Positions 1 to 9,394 of a DNA stretch of 64,000 nucleotides are shown here, in pieces. The stretch comes from Phycisphaerae bacterium. Its GTDB lineage: Bacteria; Planctomycetota; Phycisphaerae; UBA1845. A model generated the notes under the pieces. It was not told the DNA's origin and did no database searches. It worked only from the letters and a program-made list of their open reading frames with translations. Each line of letters opens with the position of its first letter. Within the stretch, counting starts at the first letter, position 1. Both the position numbers and the translations under genes were made by a program. Where the stretch lies: assembly GCA_963666835.2 (NCBI GenBank), contig CAXXGO010000006.1, positions 2,272,001 to 2,336,000 of the forward strand. Direction: 5' to 3'.

Positions 1-5
1 TGGGG

Positions 6-3000
6 ATGCTCGGTTGTGCCGCCGTCGTCGGTCACTACGTGAGGAAACGGATCGTCACCGCGAACGCCCTGGCGGCCGGCAAGGCCGAACTGGATCAGGG
101 AAACTGGTCGGACGCGTGCAAGCACTTGAAGGTCTATTTGTCGAAGTATCCTGACGACGTGGAGATTCTCGAGGAGTATGCACGGGCGCGCCTTGCTATT
201 CGTCCACTCGAGGCGGGCAACATCGGGTATGCGATTGGAGCGTATCGCCGATTGCTGCGACACAAGCCTGCCGACGAGATGGTTTGTAGCGAACTTGCCA
301 GGCTCTACCACGCTGTCCGGGAATACGATGACGCGGCGTATATCTGCCGTGAGCGTTTGAAGGCGGCGTCTTCTGATGCTACGGCCATGCTCTGGCTCGG
401 CAAGGCGCTTGCCGCCCAGCACAAGTATGACGAGGCGAACGAGCTGCTTACGAGCCTGGTCACGCAACACGGGGAACAGGTGGAGGGTTACCTTTTGTTG
501 AGCGCTCTGGCCATGCAAAAGGGTGAGAGCTCGTCCAAGAACGTGGCCACGGATTGGCTGAATCAGGCGGTGCAGGCTGTTCCCGATTCGGCCGAAGCGA
601 GGGTGGAGCGGGCACGGCATCGCCGGGCAAACCTCAACGACTTGGCCGGCGCGCGTGGAGATCTTGAGACTGCAAGTGCGCTGCAGCCTGACGACCCACG
701 AGTAATGCTGCTTCTGGCGGTGGAGTGGACGTCTCTGGGCGACCTGGACCGGGCGCACGATGCGATGGAAGCTGTTGCGGAAGTCGACCCGGATACTCTT
801 GCTGATTCGAATATTAGCCCTGCCGGCTTCGTTTTGGCGAGGTCGGTATCTGCAGCCAAGCTGACACTCCTGCGCGGCGAGAACAAGAAGGGGGTGGAGC
901 TTGCAGATCAGACGCTTGCGCGACTCTCGGATCAGTGGCGAGTGAAGTTTCTTCCCGTCGCGGCGAGGCTCTATGTGGCCGGTGCTTGCGTTGATAAGGC
1001 CCGGGGGGCTGTCAATGAGCTGCGGGCTGCTGTCGAGCTGACCAGTGACGCAAAGGGGTCGATGTACGACGAACTTGCGCTGATTGACGCGGCTGTTTCG
1101 GATGCCGAAGGGCGGTGGTATGCGGTAATCGCCTTGCTTGAGGATCGAGTATCTGTTGATCCCGGACAGGCGAATGAGTGGAGGTTGTTGTGGAGGGCGT
1201 ACGAGGGGAGCGGCCAATCCCGGAGGGCTCTCCGCGCGTTGGAGACTTACGTTAGTCTCAGGCCGGCCGATACAACAGCGGCGCTGGCCCTCGCGCGAGC
1301 CTACGCGAACCGGGATTGGGGCAAAGTCCTTCGGTATGCAGGGCAAGTTGAGCGGGCAAACCCGCACAACCTGGGGGCGAAGCTGTTGCGAATCGAGGCG
1401 ACGCTGCGCGGCGCTCGGGGAAGAGTCGGTGAATCTCAGATTGCCGAATCCGCTGCGGAGCTAGCGGCGCTGCGAGAAGCGAATCCAAGAAGTGTTGGCA
1501 TCCGTCTGCTGCAAGCACTCATTGCCGTTGGGCAGGGACGTCTCGACGACGCAATTGCCGAGTTGGAACATGCGGTTTCCGACACCGACGAGCCGTTGAT
1601 TCCGGCGTTGCAGCTTCTGCAGCTTCATGCCCAGGCCGGCCGGACCGAGCAGGCGATTGCGGTGGCCACAAGTGCCATGGAGCGTCACCCAGACGTTGCG
1701 GTACCGGCGACGGCTCTGGCCGAGCTGCTTGCGAGTTCCGGCCAGGCAGATCGGGCGGAAAAAACGCTAAGAGAAGCGATTGCGCGGTTGACGGGTAGGG
1801 AGAAGGTGCGCGCGGTTCTTACCCTGGCGCGGCACCTGCTTTCCAAGGATGACCGGTCACCGGGGATCGAGTTACTCAGCAGGTTCGCCGTTGATCATCC
1901 GGACGATGTCCAATCCCGGCTGGTGTTGTCGGAACTTCCCGAAGTCCGTGATGATGCGGAAAAGGCGCAGGAGTTGGTCGATGAGCTACGGGGTATCGAG
2001 GGTGAGCGGGGGGTGCGTTGGAGGGTGGCGCAGGCGGTGCTTTGGCTGCGGCAGGCTGATTGGCGGTCTCGGCAGGAAGCGATTGAGGAGTTGTTACGGG
2101 ACAGCATCCAAACTGATCGGGGCTGGTCTGCCCCGGTTCTGGCATTGGGAAGCATGTATGAGCTTTCCGGGAGGGACAGGCAAGCAGAAGAGCTGTACCG
2201 CGGAGTGCTCGCGGCGCTCCCCGAACAAATCGAAGTGGTGAGTCAGCTCGTCGCCTTGTTTGAAAGGCAGCGACGTTTCGCGGAGGCGGCTTCGCTCCTG
2301 GAGGGAATGCCGGAAGTTCCGAAACTGAGCGAGCATCGGGTGATTACGGCGGTTGGCCTTGGAGAGTACGACGCGGCGATCGAGCAACTGCGGCAGCGTA
2401 CGGCGGCAGACCCGGGCAACGTTGGTGCGAAGATAACGCTTGCGAAGCTGCTGTATTCTCACCATGGTGATGTCGGCGGCGCATTGGATCTGTTGGACGA
2501 GGCTCAGACCCTTGCTCCGGATTTACTGACAGCAATAACGGCTAAGACGACGATTCTGCACGCCGAAGGCCGTAACAGCGAGGTCATCACCCTCCTTGAT
2601 AACGAGGTCAAACGTCGGGGGGATTTCGCTGCTTACCTGCTGCGGGGTGCGTACTTCGCCACGATTGGTGAGGTGGATCAGGCCGAGCAGGACTACGTTC
2701 ATTTGACGACGGTTGGACAATCGGCTGTTGATGGTTACGCATCGCTGGGCGAATTCTATCAGAGGTTGGGGAGGACGGATGAGGCCATTGCCGCGTGGGA
2801 GGCTGGTTTGAAGATCGCCCCGAATGATGATCGGATGAAGCGGATGCTCCTGGCGGCTCTTGTGGCCAGCCCGCGCATGCCGGACCGTGAGCGGTCGCGG
2901 GCAATGCTGCGCGGGCTGCTGGCGCGCGCGCCCGATGATCCGGACGTTCTGTCCGCTCAAGCCGATCTGTTGCTGGCCGACGGTACGCCGGAGGCGATTG

Positions 3001-4286
3001 AGCAGGCCACCGATACGCTGGACCGTGTGACAGGCCTCGACCCTCGGAACGTCGGTGCTTACCTGCGTTTGATTCAATTGGCACGACAAGACGGCAATCT
3101 GTCGGAAGCGCGGCGTCTGGCGGTTAGAGGGCTTGGAGCCAACCCGTATGACGTTGCGTTGCTCCTGGTGCGAGCCGGTCTGGAAGCCGAGCTCGACAAT
3201 GTCCGCGTGGCTCGCCAACTGGCGGAGTCGGTCCTGGAGATACACCCAAGAAACGTCGCGGCGTACAACCTGTTGTCAGGATTGGCACTCCTGGCGGGCG
3301 AGATAGAATCAGCGCGAGCACTTAACGAGAAGGCCCTCGAGTTTGATAATCTCAACGAGATTGCTCAGGAAACTCACGCCAAGATCCTCATCGCAGGGGG
3401 ACAATACGATCAAGCTCTTCGAGACCTCGAGTCTTATCGTGGAACTGGGGAGGGCGGTGGCAGCGTTGTCACCCTTCTGGCACTGGCGGCGCTTTATCGA
3501 GAGCGCGGGGACTTTGATACGGCGGGGGAACGCCTTGATGAGGCCGCCGAACTTGCCCCAGGCGATTCGAGCGTTTTCGGCGAACGCCTGCGCTGGTTAG
3601 CGGCACAAGACCGGTTCGACGAGATCGTGAAGAGGCTCGCGGAACATCGTGTCGATCAACCGGGCGAATTGCAGGCCTTACTTGTGGGAGGTGGGCTCCT
3701 TGCCTCCGCAGGGGAGGAGGCCCATGTTCGCACGGCCAAGTCCCTGTTCGAACAAGCCATTGCGTATGAGCCGAACAGTGTTGATGGGCATCTTGGCCTT
3801 GCCCGAGTCGCTTACTTGGGCGGTGAAGTGGAGCTGGCCGAGCGCTCCTATTGGCGAGTTCTAGAGTTGGAACCCTATCACGAGCAGGCGCTGAATGACT
3901 TGGCGTGGATTCTCGTCGTCGAGCTGGATCGGGTCGAGGAGGCGCTGAGTCTGGCTGATAAGGGCGTGGCCCGATATCCGGACGATCCGCATCTGCTGGA
4001 CACGCGAAGCGTAGTGTTCCTGAAGTTGGGTCGGACGGCGGATGCGAGGAGGGACTTGGAAGAGTGTGTGCGTAACGCGGCCGACCTTCCGGCGACCCGA
4101 GCGCGTGCGTTGTTCCACCTTGCCCAAGTATGCTTCGAAGAGAACAGCCTTGCGGATGCCAAAGCGAAGTTGGCGGAGGCTCTGGAAATCGACGGGCGAA
4201 GTCACGTGTTCAACGACCGAGAACGCCAAGAGATTGCGCAACTGAGCGGTAAGCTGTCAACAGCTCCAAGCGAGCAAGATCGTTGA
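6..4286 (+). CDS. Large tetratricopeptide-repeat (TPR) protein, EPS-locus associated (PrsT-like); probably N-terminally truncated by the window edge
   Basis: 1426-aa Ala/Leu-rich helical ORF with many TPR-like units (e.g. AYLRLIQLA, EPNSVDGHLGLARVAY, ALNDLAWIL..PDDPHLLDTRSVV). Hydrophobic N-terminus; the frame is open at the window start. Confidence 0.8.
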   Translation: MLGCAAVVGHYVRKRIVTANALAAGKAELDQGNWSDACKHLKVYLSKYPDDVEILEEYARARLAIRPLEAGNIGYAIGAYRRLLRHKPADEMVCSELARLYHAVREYDDAAYICRERLKAASSDATAMLWLGKALAAQHKYDEANELLTSLVTQHGEQVEGYLLLSALAMQKGESSSKNVATDWLNQAVQAVPDSAEARVERARHRRANLNDLAGARGDLETASALQPDDPRVMLLLAVEWTSLGDLDRAHDAMEAVAEVDPDTLADSNISPAGFVLARSVSAAKLTLLRGENKKGVELADQTLARLSDQWRVKFLPVAARLYVAGACVDKARGAVNELRAAVELTSDAKGSMYDELALIDAAVSDAEGRWYAVIALLEDRVSVDPGQANEWRLLWRAYEGSGQSRRALRALETYVSLRPADTTAALALARAYANRDWGKVLRYAGQVERANPHNLGAKLLRIEATLRGARGRVGESQIAESAAELAALREANPRSVGIRLLQALIAVGQGRLDDAIAELEHAVSDTDEPLIPALQLLQLHAQAGRTEQAIAVATSAMERHPDVAVPATALAELLASSGQADRAEKTLREAIARLTGREKVRAVLTLARHLLSKDDRSPGIELLSRFAVDHPDDVQSRLVLSELPEVRDDAEKAQELVDELRGIEGERGVRWRVAQAVLWLRQADWRSRQEAIEELLRDSIQTDRGWSAPVLALGSMYELSGRDRQAEELYRGVLAALPEQIEVVSQLVALFERQRRFAEAASLLEGMPEVPKLSEHRVITAVGLGEYDAAIEQLRQRTAADPGNVGAKITLAKLLYSHHGDVGGALDLLDEAQTLAPDLLTAITAKTTILHAEGRNSEVITLLDNEVKRRGDFAAYLLRGAYFATIGEVDQAEQDYVHLTTVGQSAVDGYASLGEFYQRLGRTDEAIAAWEAGLKIAPNDDRMKRMLLAALVASPRMPDRERSRAMLRGLLARAPDDPDVLSAQADLLLADGTPEAIEQATDTLDRVTGLDPRNVGAYLRLIQLARQDGNLSEARRLAVRGLGANPYDVALLLVRAGLEAELDNVRVARQLAESVLEIHPRNVAAYNLLSGLALLAGEIESARALNEKALEFDNLNEIAQETHAKILIAGGQYDQALRDLESYRGTGEGGGSVVTLLALAALYRERGDFDTAGERLDEAAELAPGDSSVFGERLRWLAAQDRFDEIVKRLAEHRVDQPGELQALLVGGGLLASAGEEAHVRTAKSLFEQAIAYEPNSVDGHLGLARVAYLGGEVELAERSYWRVLELEPYHEQALNDLAWILVVELDRVEEALSLADKGVARYPDDPHLLDTRSVVFLKLGRTADARRDLEECVRNAADLPATRARALFHLAQVCFEENSLADAKAKLAEALEIDGRSHVFNDRERQEIAQLSGKLSTAPSEQDR

Positions 4287-5232
4287 CGAAGGCGTAGGCC
4301 ACGTGCTCCGGGGCGGCGGGAGTCGGCTGGGCTGCCGGCCGCCCAAAGCAAGTCAGTTTGAAGCGACCGAAGGTTGCTCAGTTCTGTTGACCGCTGAGAC
4401 AGGGGCGGTCTGTGGTGCTGAGGTTCTATTATCGGGTTGTGACGTTTGTGGGCGGATTTGTTGCATTCTTGCGGTAGTGTTAATATTGGCTGGTTCAGGG
4501 GAAGATCTTGCAGTTTGGCGGTAACGAGTTTGTTTGATATCGGGCTGTGTGAGGCGAGATCAGCGGCTTCTACTCGGCAGTTCTGTGCGGGGAATCGAGG
4601 TTGCTTGACTTGTGACCCTGGCATTGCTAAATTAGGACAGTTCCTAGGTGCTCCTGCGTGGTGTGCCGGGACGGTCAGAGGATGGCGCTGTATAAAGCAG
4701 ACCATTTCAATTGTAATTGCCTGCGGACAGCGGTTTTGGATTGGTACGTGCGGACGGCGCGTATACGATACAGACTGGCGGTGTATGCACGCGCCTAGGT
4801 AGAAGCCGGCATTCCGGTTGAATCTTGTGGTGTGCCCTAGTGGTTGGCTACATGTCAGTCGTTGGCGCTGCAGGGCTTTCGGAACGCCTGTGGCGGGTAC
4901 TGTGGCTACCTATCTTGGGGCTGGTTATGAGGGGAAGTCGGGCTCGTTACTGTGGTAGCGAAGTTGCGTTGGAAACGATGGAGGATTTGTCTCGGTCGGC
5001 GTGCAGTGAGGTGGTAAGGACCGAATTAGCTGCCCCGGATCGGATCCGGGAGAGGTGATTCAGGGTTTCGGCAGGTGTGCGAATCACACTGCGGTTCGGC
5101 GTTTATGGTTGCGCGGGGACGGGCGATAAGCCGGTCTTTTGGGCACCGCGATTGTGGTGGAATTGTCGTGAGGCACAGAGTCAAGCCCGCGTCCGTAAGT
5201 AATGGCGGTCGTGGGTTTCTTTGGAGTTTCTG

Positions 5233-5745
5233 ATGGTAGCAGTCTCGCCGATAAGTGATATTGTCGCCCGGTGGTGGTTGGTCCACACCAAGCCTCGCCA
5301 CGAGAAGGCTCTGGCAGCAGACCTGGATCGCAAGGGTATCGCCCACTTTCTTCCTCTGGTGCATGTTAAGAGACGTCACGCGGGTCGCGTGTTCGACGTT
5401 CGTCTACCCCTTTTCCCAGGCTACCTTTTTTTGAGCGGCACGGAAGAAGAGCGTTGTGCGGCGTTGATGACGTCTCGAACGGTGAATGTGATCAAGGTGG
5501 CAGATCAGGAGGCACTCCGGCGAGACCTGCAGGACGTGTACCGCATTACCGTCAGCAAGGAGCCGGTGGATCTGTATCCCGGGATCCGAGAGGGCCGTCG
5601 TTGTCGTGTGATCGGTGGTCCTCTTAAGGGTCTTGAGGGAGTGGTCCTTCGCCGGCGCGAGGTGTCTCGCGTGTATGTAGCCGTCCACGCGTTGCTGCAG
5701 TCGGCGGAAGTTGAGATAGACGTGTCGCTGCTCGAACCAGTTTAG
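5233..5745 (+). CDS. NusG/RfaH/UpxY-family transcription antitermination factor
   Basis: WWLVHTKPRHEK, FLPL and PLFPGYLF NGN motifs plus KOW motif CRVIGGPLKGLEGVV. Lies at the head of a polysaccharide operon. Start at ATG 5233 or TTG 5221. Confidence 0.9.
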   Translation: MVAVSPISDIVARWWLVHTKPRHEKALAADLDRKGIAHFLPLVHVKRRHAGRVFDVRLPLFPGYLFLSGTEEERCAALMTSRTVNVIKVADQEALRRDLQDVYRITVSKEPVDLYPGIREGRRCRVIGGPLKGLEGVVLRRREVSRVYVAVHALLQSAEVEIDVSLLEPV

Positions 5746-5992
5746 CCGCGTTCGTCGCCCTAAAGTCTTGTGCGGAAGTTGGTTACGTTCGATTCGGGAG
5801 CGTAGCTGAGGGGGACGAAGTCTGCCCGGACCACGTTAGGCTGCCCTAGATTCGGGTCTTGGCTTACGGGGCGCGTCGCCGGCATGATCGGACGCTGAAC
5901 GGTCCTCCTTTCGGTGGCACGTAGGTTGGACGTCGGTTGTTCTTGCGTATTCCAATGCCGCCGTTGCGGCACTGAACGAACGAGGTGTACGG

Positions 5993-8029
5993 TTGCAGTC
6001 TCTAAGGTGGTACGCGCGACGCATCGGGGCCATGTCATCGGGAGAGGTGTGGTGGCGCGTGGGTGCTGCGCTTCAGGGGCTTGCGGACCGCTGCGTTCTG
6101 GGAGCTCGACAGAGGTCTATTCCTCTTTCGGAGCTTGCTGACGGGGAAGCAGGATTATCGGGACTGCGTCCATGCACGATTGGTGACCGGGCGCGGCAAA
6201 ACGGTGAGGCCGCCGATTCGTCGCCGGTAGTCGTTCGTTGGCGAGAGAACGTGACCGAACGGGCGGACAAGCTGCTTGATAATCGGTTGACGCTCTTCGA
6301 TTTGGAGGATCATGTTCTTGGGCCTGAGGTAGACTGGAACTACGAATACGAAGCACGGAAGGCGACCCCGCGGACGTTCGCCGCCGGAATCGATTACCGG
6401 GACCATACGGTTGCCGGTGACGCCAAGGTGGCATGGGAGCCGAGCCGGCATCAGCATCTGGTGGTGCTGGCCCGAGCTTATCGGCTGACCGGACGCCGTT
6501 GTTACGCGGAAAAGGTCATTCAGCAGCTAGAGAGTTGGATCCGCCAGTGTCCCTACGGACAGGGCATGAACTGGCGCAGTCCGCTCGAGCTGGCGATTCG
6601 CATTATCAACTGGGTGTGGGCTCTGGAGCTGATTGTGCCGTCGAAGGTCGTGACTTCACACCATCTTGACCGGCTGCTTCCGGTGGTCTACCGCCATGTG
6701 TGGGATATTTCCCGGAAGTATTCGCGGTATTCGTCGGCGAACAATCACTTGGTTGGAGAGGCTGCCGGCGTGTTCATCGCCAGCAGCTACTTTGCCGGTT
6801 TCAAGAGCGCGGATGCCTGGACCAAGGAGAGTCGGGCGATTCTCATGCGGGAGATCGCCAGGCAAGCGTTGGATGACGGCGGACATTGTGAACTGGCGAT
6901 GGGATACCACATGTTCGTCCTCGAGTTCTTCTTGCTGGCGGGTCTGGCGGCACGGAGTACGGACTGCGACTTCTCGCGGGAGTACTGGGAACGATTGGAG
7001 CGCATGTTTGAGTTTCTCGCTGCGTTCACCGCGGGGGGCGAGCAGACACCGATGTTCGGTGATTGTGACGACGGTTACGTTCTTGACCTTGGCGGAGATG
7101 GAGACCGCGCCCGCAGTCTGCTGGCTATCGGTGCCACGGTTTTTGAGCGAAGTGATTTCAAGGCGGTCTCGGGAGATTCCGGCGAGCCCGTGTACTGGCT
7201 GCTCGGCGATGCGGGGTATAAGGCGTTTGCGAAGATCGATGCCGCAGGTGCGTCGGGCTCGATCGAGTCGCACGCGTTTAGTGATTCCGGTTATTATCTT
7301 CTTCAGTCCGGTGAGCGCGGGGGCTTGAACTCGATCAGCGTGACCTTCGACTGTGGTGATGTCGGGTTCGGTGCACTCGCGGCGCACGCCCATGCGGACG
7401 CGCTGAGTTTTACCCTGCGAGTTTGCGGTACGGATGTTTTCGTTGACCCGGGGACTTACGATTACTTCACGTATCCTCGATGGCGCGATTATTTCAGAAG
7501 CACGCAGGCACATAATACGATTGTCGTGGACGGCGTGGACCAGTCGGAGATGCTCGGACCTTTTCTCTGGGGGCGTCGAGCTCGCGCCCGGTGTCTGCAC
7601 TGGGCCCCGTCCGCGTTCGGGGGCACCGTTAGCGGCGAGCACGACGGATACGGTTGTCTTGATGATCCGGTTTCTCACCGGCGGGCGATAACTCTGGACA
7701 GTCGCAGCTCAGAGGTAGTCGTACATGACGAGCTCAGCGGTGCCGGGACGCACGCCGCCGCCATGTACCTGCACGTGGCGGAGAATTGTCAGGTTTGTGG
7801 GGGCGCCGGAAACCGGTATGAAATCGACTGCGGGCGAAGTGCCGTTGTTGTACGACTCAACCCCGACCTCGAGGTTGACGTTGTCAAAGGGAGCGACGAG
7901 CCGATCTTGGGTTGGGTGAGTCGCCGATACCACAGCAAGGAGCCCGGCACGACTATTGTCGCCCGTTGTCGGTGGACGGGCAGCGTTACGTTGGACACTC
8001 GGATGACCGTTAAGGCGGAGCGGTTATGA
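5993..8029 (+). CDS. Heparinase II/III-like (alginate-lyase-like) protein
   Basis: GDAKVAWEPSRHQHL, NWRSPLELAIR, SSANNHLVGEAAG, AHAHADALSF, VDPGTYDY and RSTQAHNT motifs. Confidence 0.85.
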   Translation: MQSLRWYARRIGAMSSGEVWWRVGAALQGLADRCVLGARQRSIPLSELADGEAGLSGLRPCTIGDRARQNGEAADSSPVVVRWRENVTERADKLLDNRLTLFDLEDHVLGPEVDWNYEYEARKATPRTFAAGIDYRDHTVAGDAKVAWEPSRHQHLVVLARAYRLTGRRCYAEKVIQQLESWIRQCPYGQGMNWRSPLELAIRIINWVWALELIVPSKVVTSHHLDRLLPVVYRHVWDISRKYSRYSSANNHLVGEAAGVFIASSYFAGFKSADAWTKESRAILMREIARQALDDGGHCELAMGYHMFVLEFFLLAGLAARSTDCDFSREYWERLERMFEFLAAFTAGGEQTPMFGDCDDGYVLDLGGDGDRARSLLAIGATVFERSDFKAVSGDSGEPVYWLLGDAGYKAFAKIDAAGASGSIESHAFSDSGYYLLQSGERGGLNSISVTFDCGDVGFGALAAHAHADALSFTLRVCGTDVFVDPGTYDYFTYPRWRDYFRSTQAHNTIVVDGVDQSEMLGPFLWGRRARARCLHWAPSAFGGTVSGEHDGYGCLDDPVSHRRAITLDSRSSEVVVHDELSGAGTHAAAMYLHVAENCQVCGGAGNRYEIDCGRSAVVVRLNPDLEVDVVKGSDEPILGWVSRRYHSKEPGTTIVARCRWTGSVTLDTRMTVKAERL

Positions 8030-8116
8030 CACTGGTTGGGGCTGGTACGGTTTCGGAGAGCGGGTTCGGGAAGCGCACGTCACGGACGTCTTTCGCCGTA
8101 TGAGAGGACGAGAGAA

Positions 8117-9247
8117 ATGTCAGTCAAATCACGACCGACAGATGCCGCATATGGAAGAGAGGGTACGAAGCTGCCTGCACAGAACGAATACGGCAGGGGT
8201 TCTGCGGAGGTATCGGGGATCATTCTGGCGGGTGTCCACAGTTGGGGGCACGGAGCGCTGGAGGGTATGGTATGCAGACCTCTGCTGCCGGTCGCGGGTC
8301 GCCCGCTTATTGAGCATGTCATAACCTGGCTCCGGCGGGAAGGGATCAGCGGAGCGGTTGTCTGCGCAAACAGCGATACGGGCGTTCTGCGCGGGAGCCT
8401 CGGGGATGGGAAAGCTCTGGGGGTCTCCCTGGCGTACTACGAAGATGAAATGCCCAGAGGTCCGGCGGGGTGTGCGCGCGATGCGGCTGGGGTGGTCGGA
8501 GGCAAGGTGTTTGTGGTGGCGGAAGGCGCCATCGTGCCAAGAGTCGATCTTGCGAAGCTGCTGGAGGCCCACCACCGTCGAGAGGCGGCGCTTACGGTAG
8601 TAATGGCGGAAAGCGATTCGACCGGTGAGCGCGCCGGGTCGATGTCGGAGCCGGCGGGCATCTACCTATTCTCGGCGGCGGCGTTGGAGCACGTGCCTGC
8701 GACTGGTTATCAAGACATAAAGGAGACGCTGATCCCGCGCCTGCACGCGCAGGGCAAGCGTGTGGTGATCGAGACTGTTGCGGGGGGGCTTGCTCCGCGA
8801 GTGACGGGGGCGGCATCGTATTTGGCGGTGAATATGTGGGCTACGCAACGGATGGACGAAGAAGCGGCGACGCGCGGCGGTTACACCCGAGTCGAGGGTG
8901 GTTGGGTACACCGGTCCGCCTTGGTTGATGAGACTGCCCGGATTATCGGGTCGGCGGTAGTCGGTCCGGAGACCGTGGTCGGCCCTGAAGCGATGATTGC
9001 CGGCCCCGCGACGGTCGGTCCGGGATGTAGGATAGAGCATCGCAGCATAGTCAGCCGCTCTGCGGTTTGGGGTCGATGCACAATAGGCGCGAGTGCAATT
9101 GTGGATAGCAGCGTTCTCGCAGATGACACGCACATAGAACCCGAGCTGGTCGTGCGAAACACTGTGATTACTCCTAAGCGCCGCTCGCGTTATGAGTTTG
9201 TCAATAGGCTGGCTGCTTATCGTCAGGGGATGCGCAACCGGACATGA
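8117..9247 (+). CDS. NDP-sugar pyrophosphorylase-like protein (nucleotidyltransferase fold plus left-handed beta-helix) with a degenerate active-site motif
   Basis: GIILAG..RPLLPVAGRPLIEH and E.MPRGPAGCARDA motifs, C-terminal hexapeptide repeats. The canonical GxGTR is replaced by GVHSW. ATG 8117 preferred to TTG 8036. Confidence 0.75.
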   Translation: MSVKSRPTDAAYGREGTKLPAQNEYGRGSAEVSGIILAGVHSWGHGALEGMVCRPLLPVAGRPLIEHVITWLRREGISGAVVCANSDTGVLRGSLGDGKALGVSLAYYEDEMPRGPAGCARDAAGVVGGKVFVVAEGAIVPRVDLAKLLEAHHRREAALTVVMAESDSTGERAGSMSEPAGIYLFSAAALEHVPATGYQDIKETLIPRLHAQGKRVVIETVAGGLAPRVTGAASYLAVNMWATQRMDEEAATRGGYTRVEGGWVHRSALVDETARIIGSAVVGPETVVGPEAMIAGPATVGPGCRIEHRSIVSRSAVWGRCTIGASAIVDSSVLADDTHIEPELVVRNTVITPKRRSRYEFVNRLAAYRQGMRNRT

Positions 9248-9394
9248 ACCGGAGAGCGGGTCATCAATGACAGGGTCTGAGGGATTGTGGGGAGAAGCTT
9301 TGCTGACGCAAGGGGCGAGTGAATCGTCGGCGGACGGGACGATCGGCCCGGTGAGCCGGCGGCGTTCGTTCTTGCTGGGGGGGACGGGATTACG

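Noticed and set aside
4303..5058. Short ORFs in the region before the NusG paralogue
   Set aside because: Cys/Arg/Trp-rich random-looking translations with no motifs or ribosome binding sites; treated as non-coding.
5915..5930. Sigma-54-like promoter TGGCAC-N5-TTGGA before the heparinase-like gene
   Set aside because: The -12 element lacks the near-invariant GC (TTGG instead of TTGC), so it is not supportable without data.
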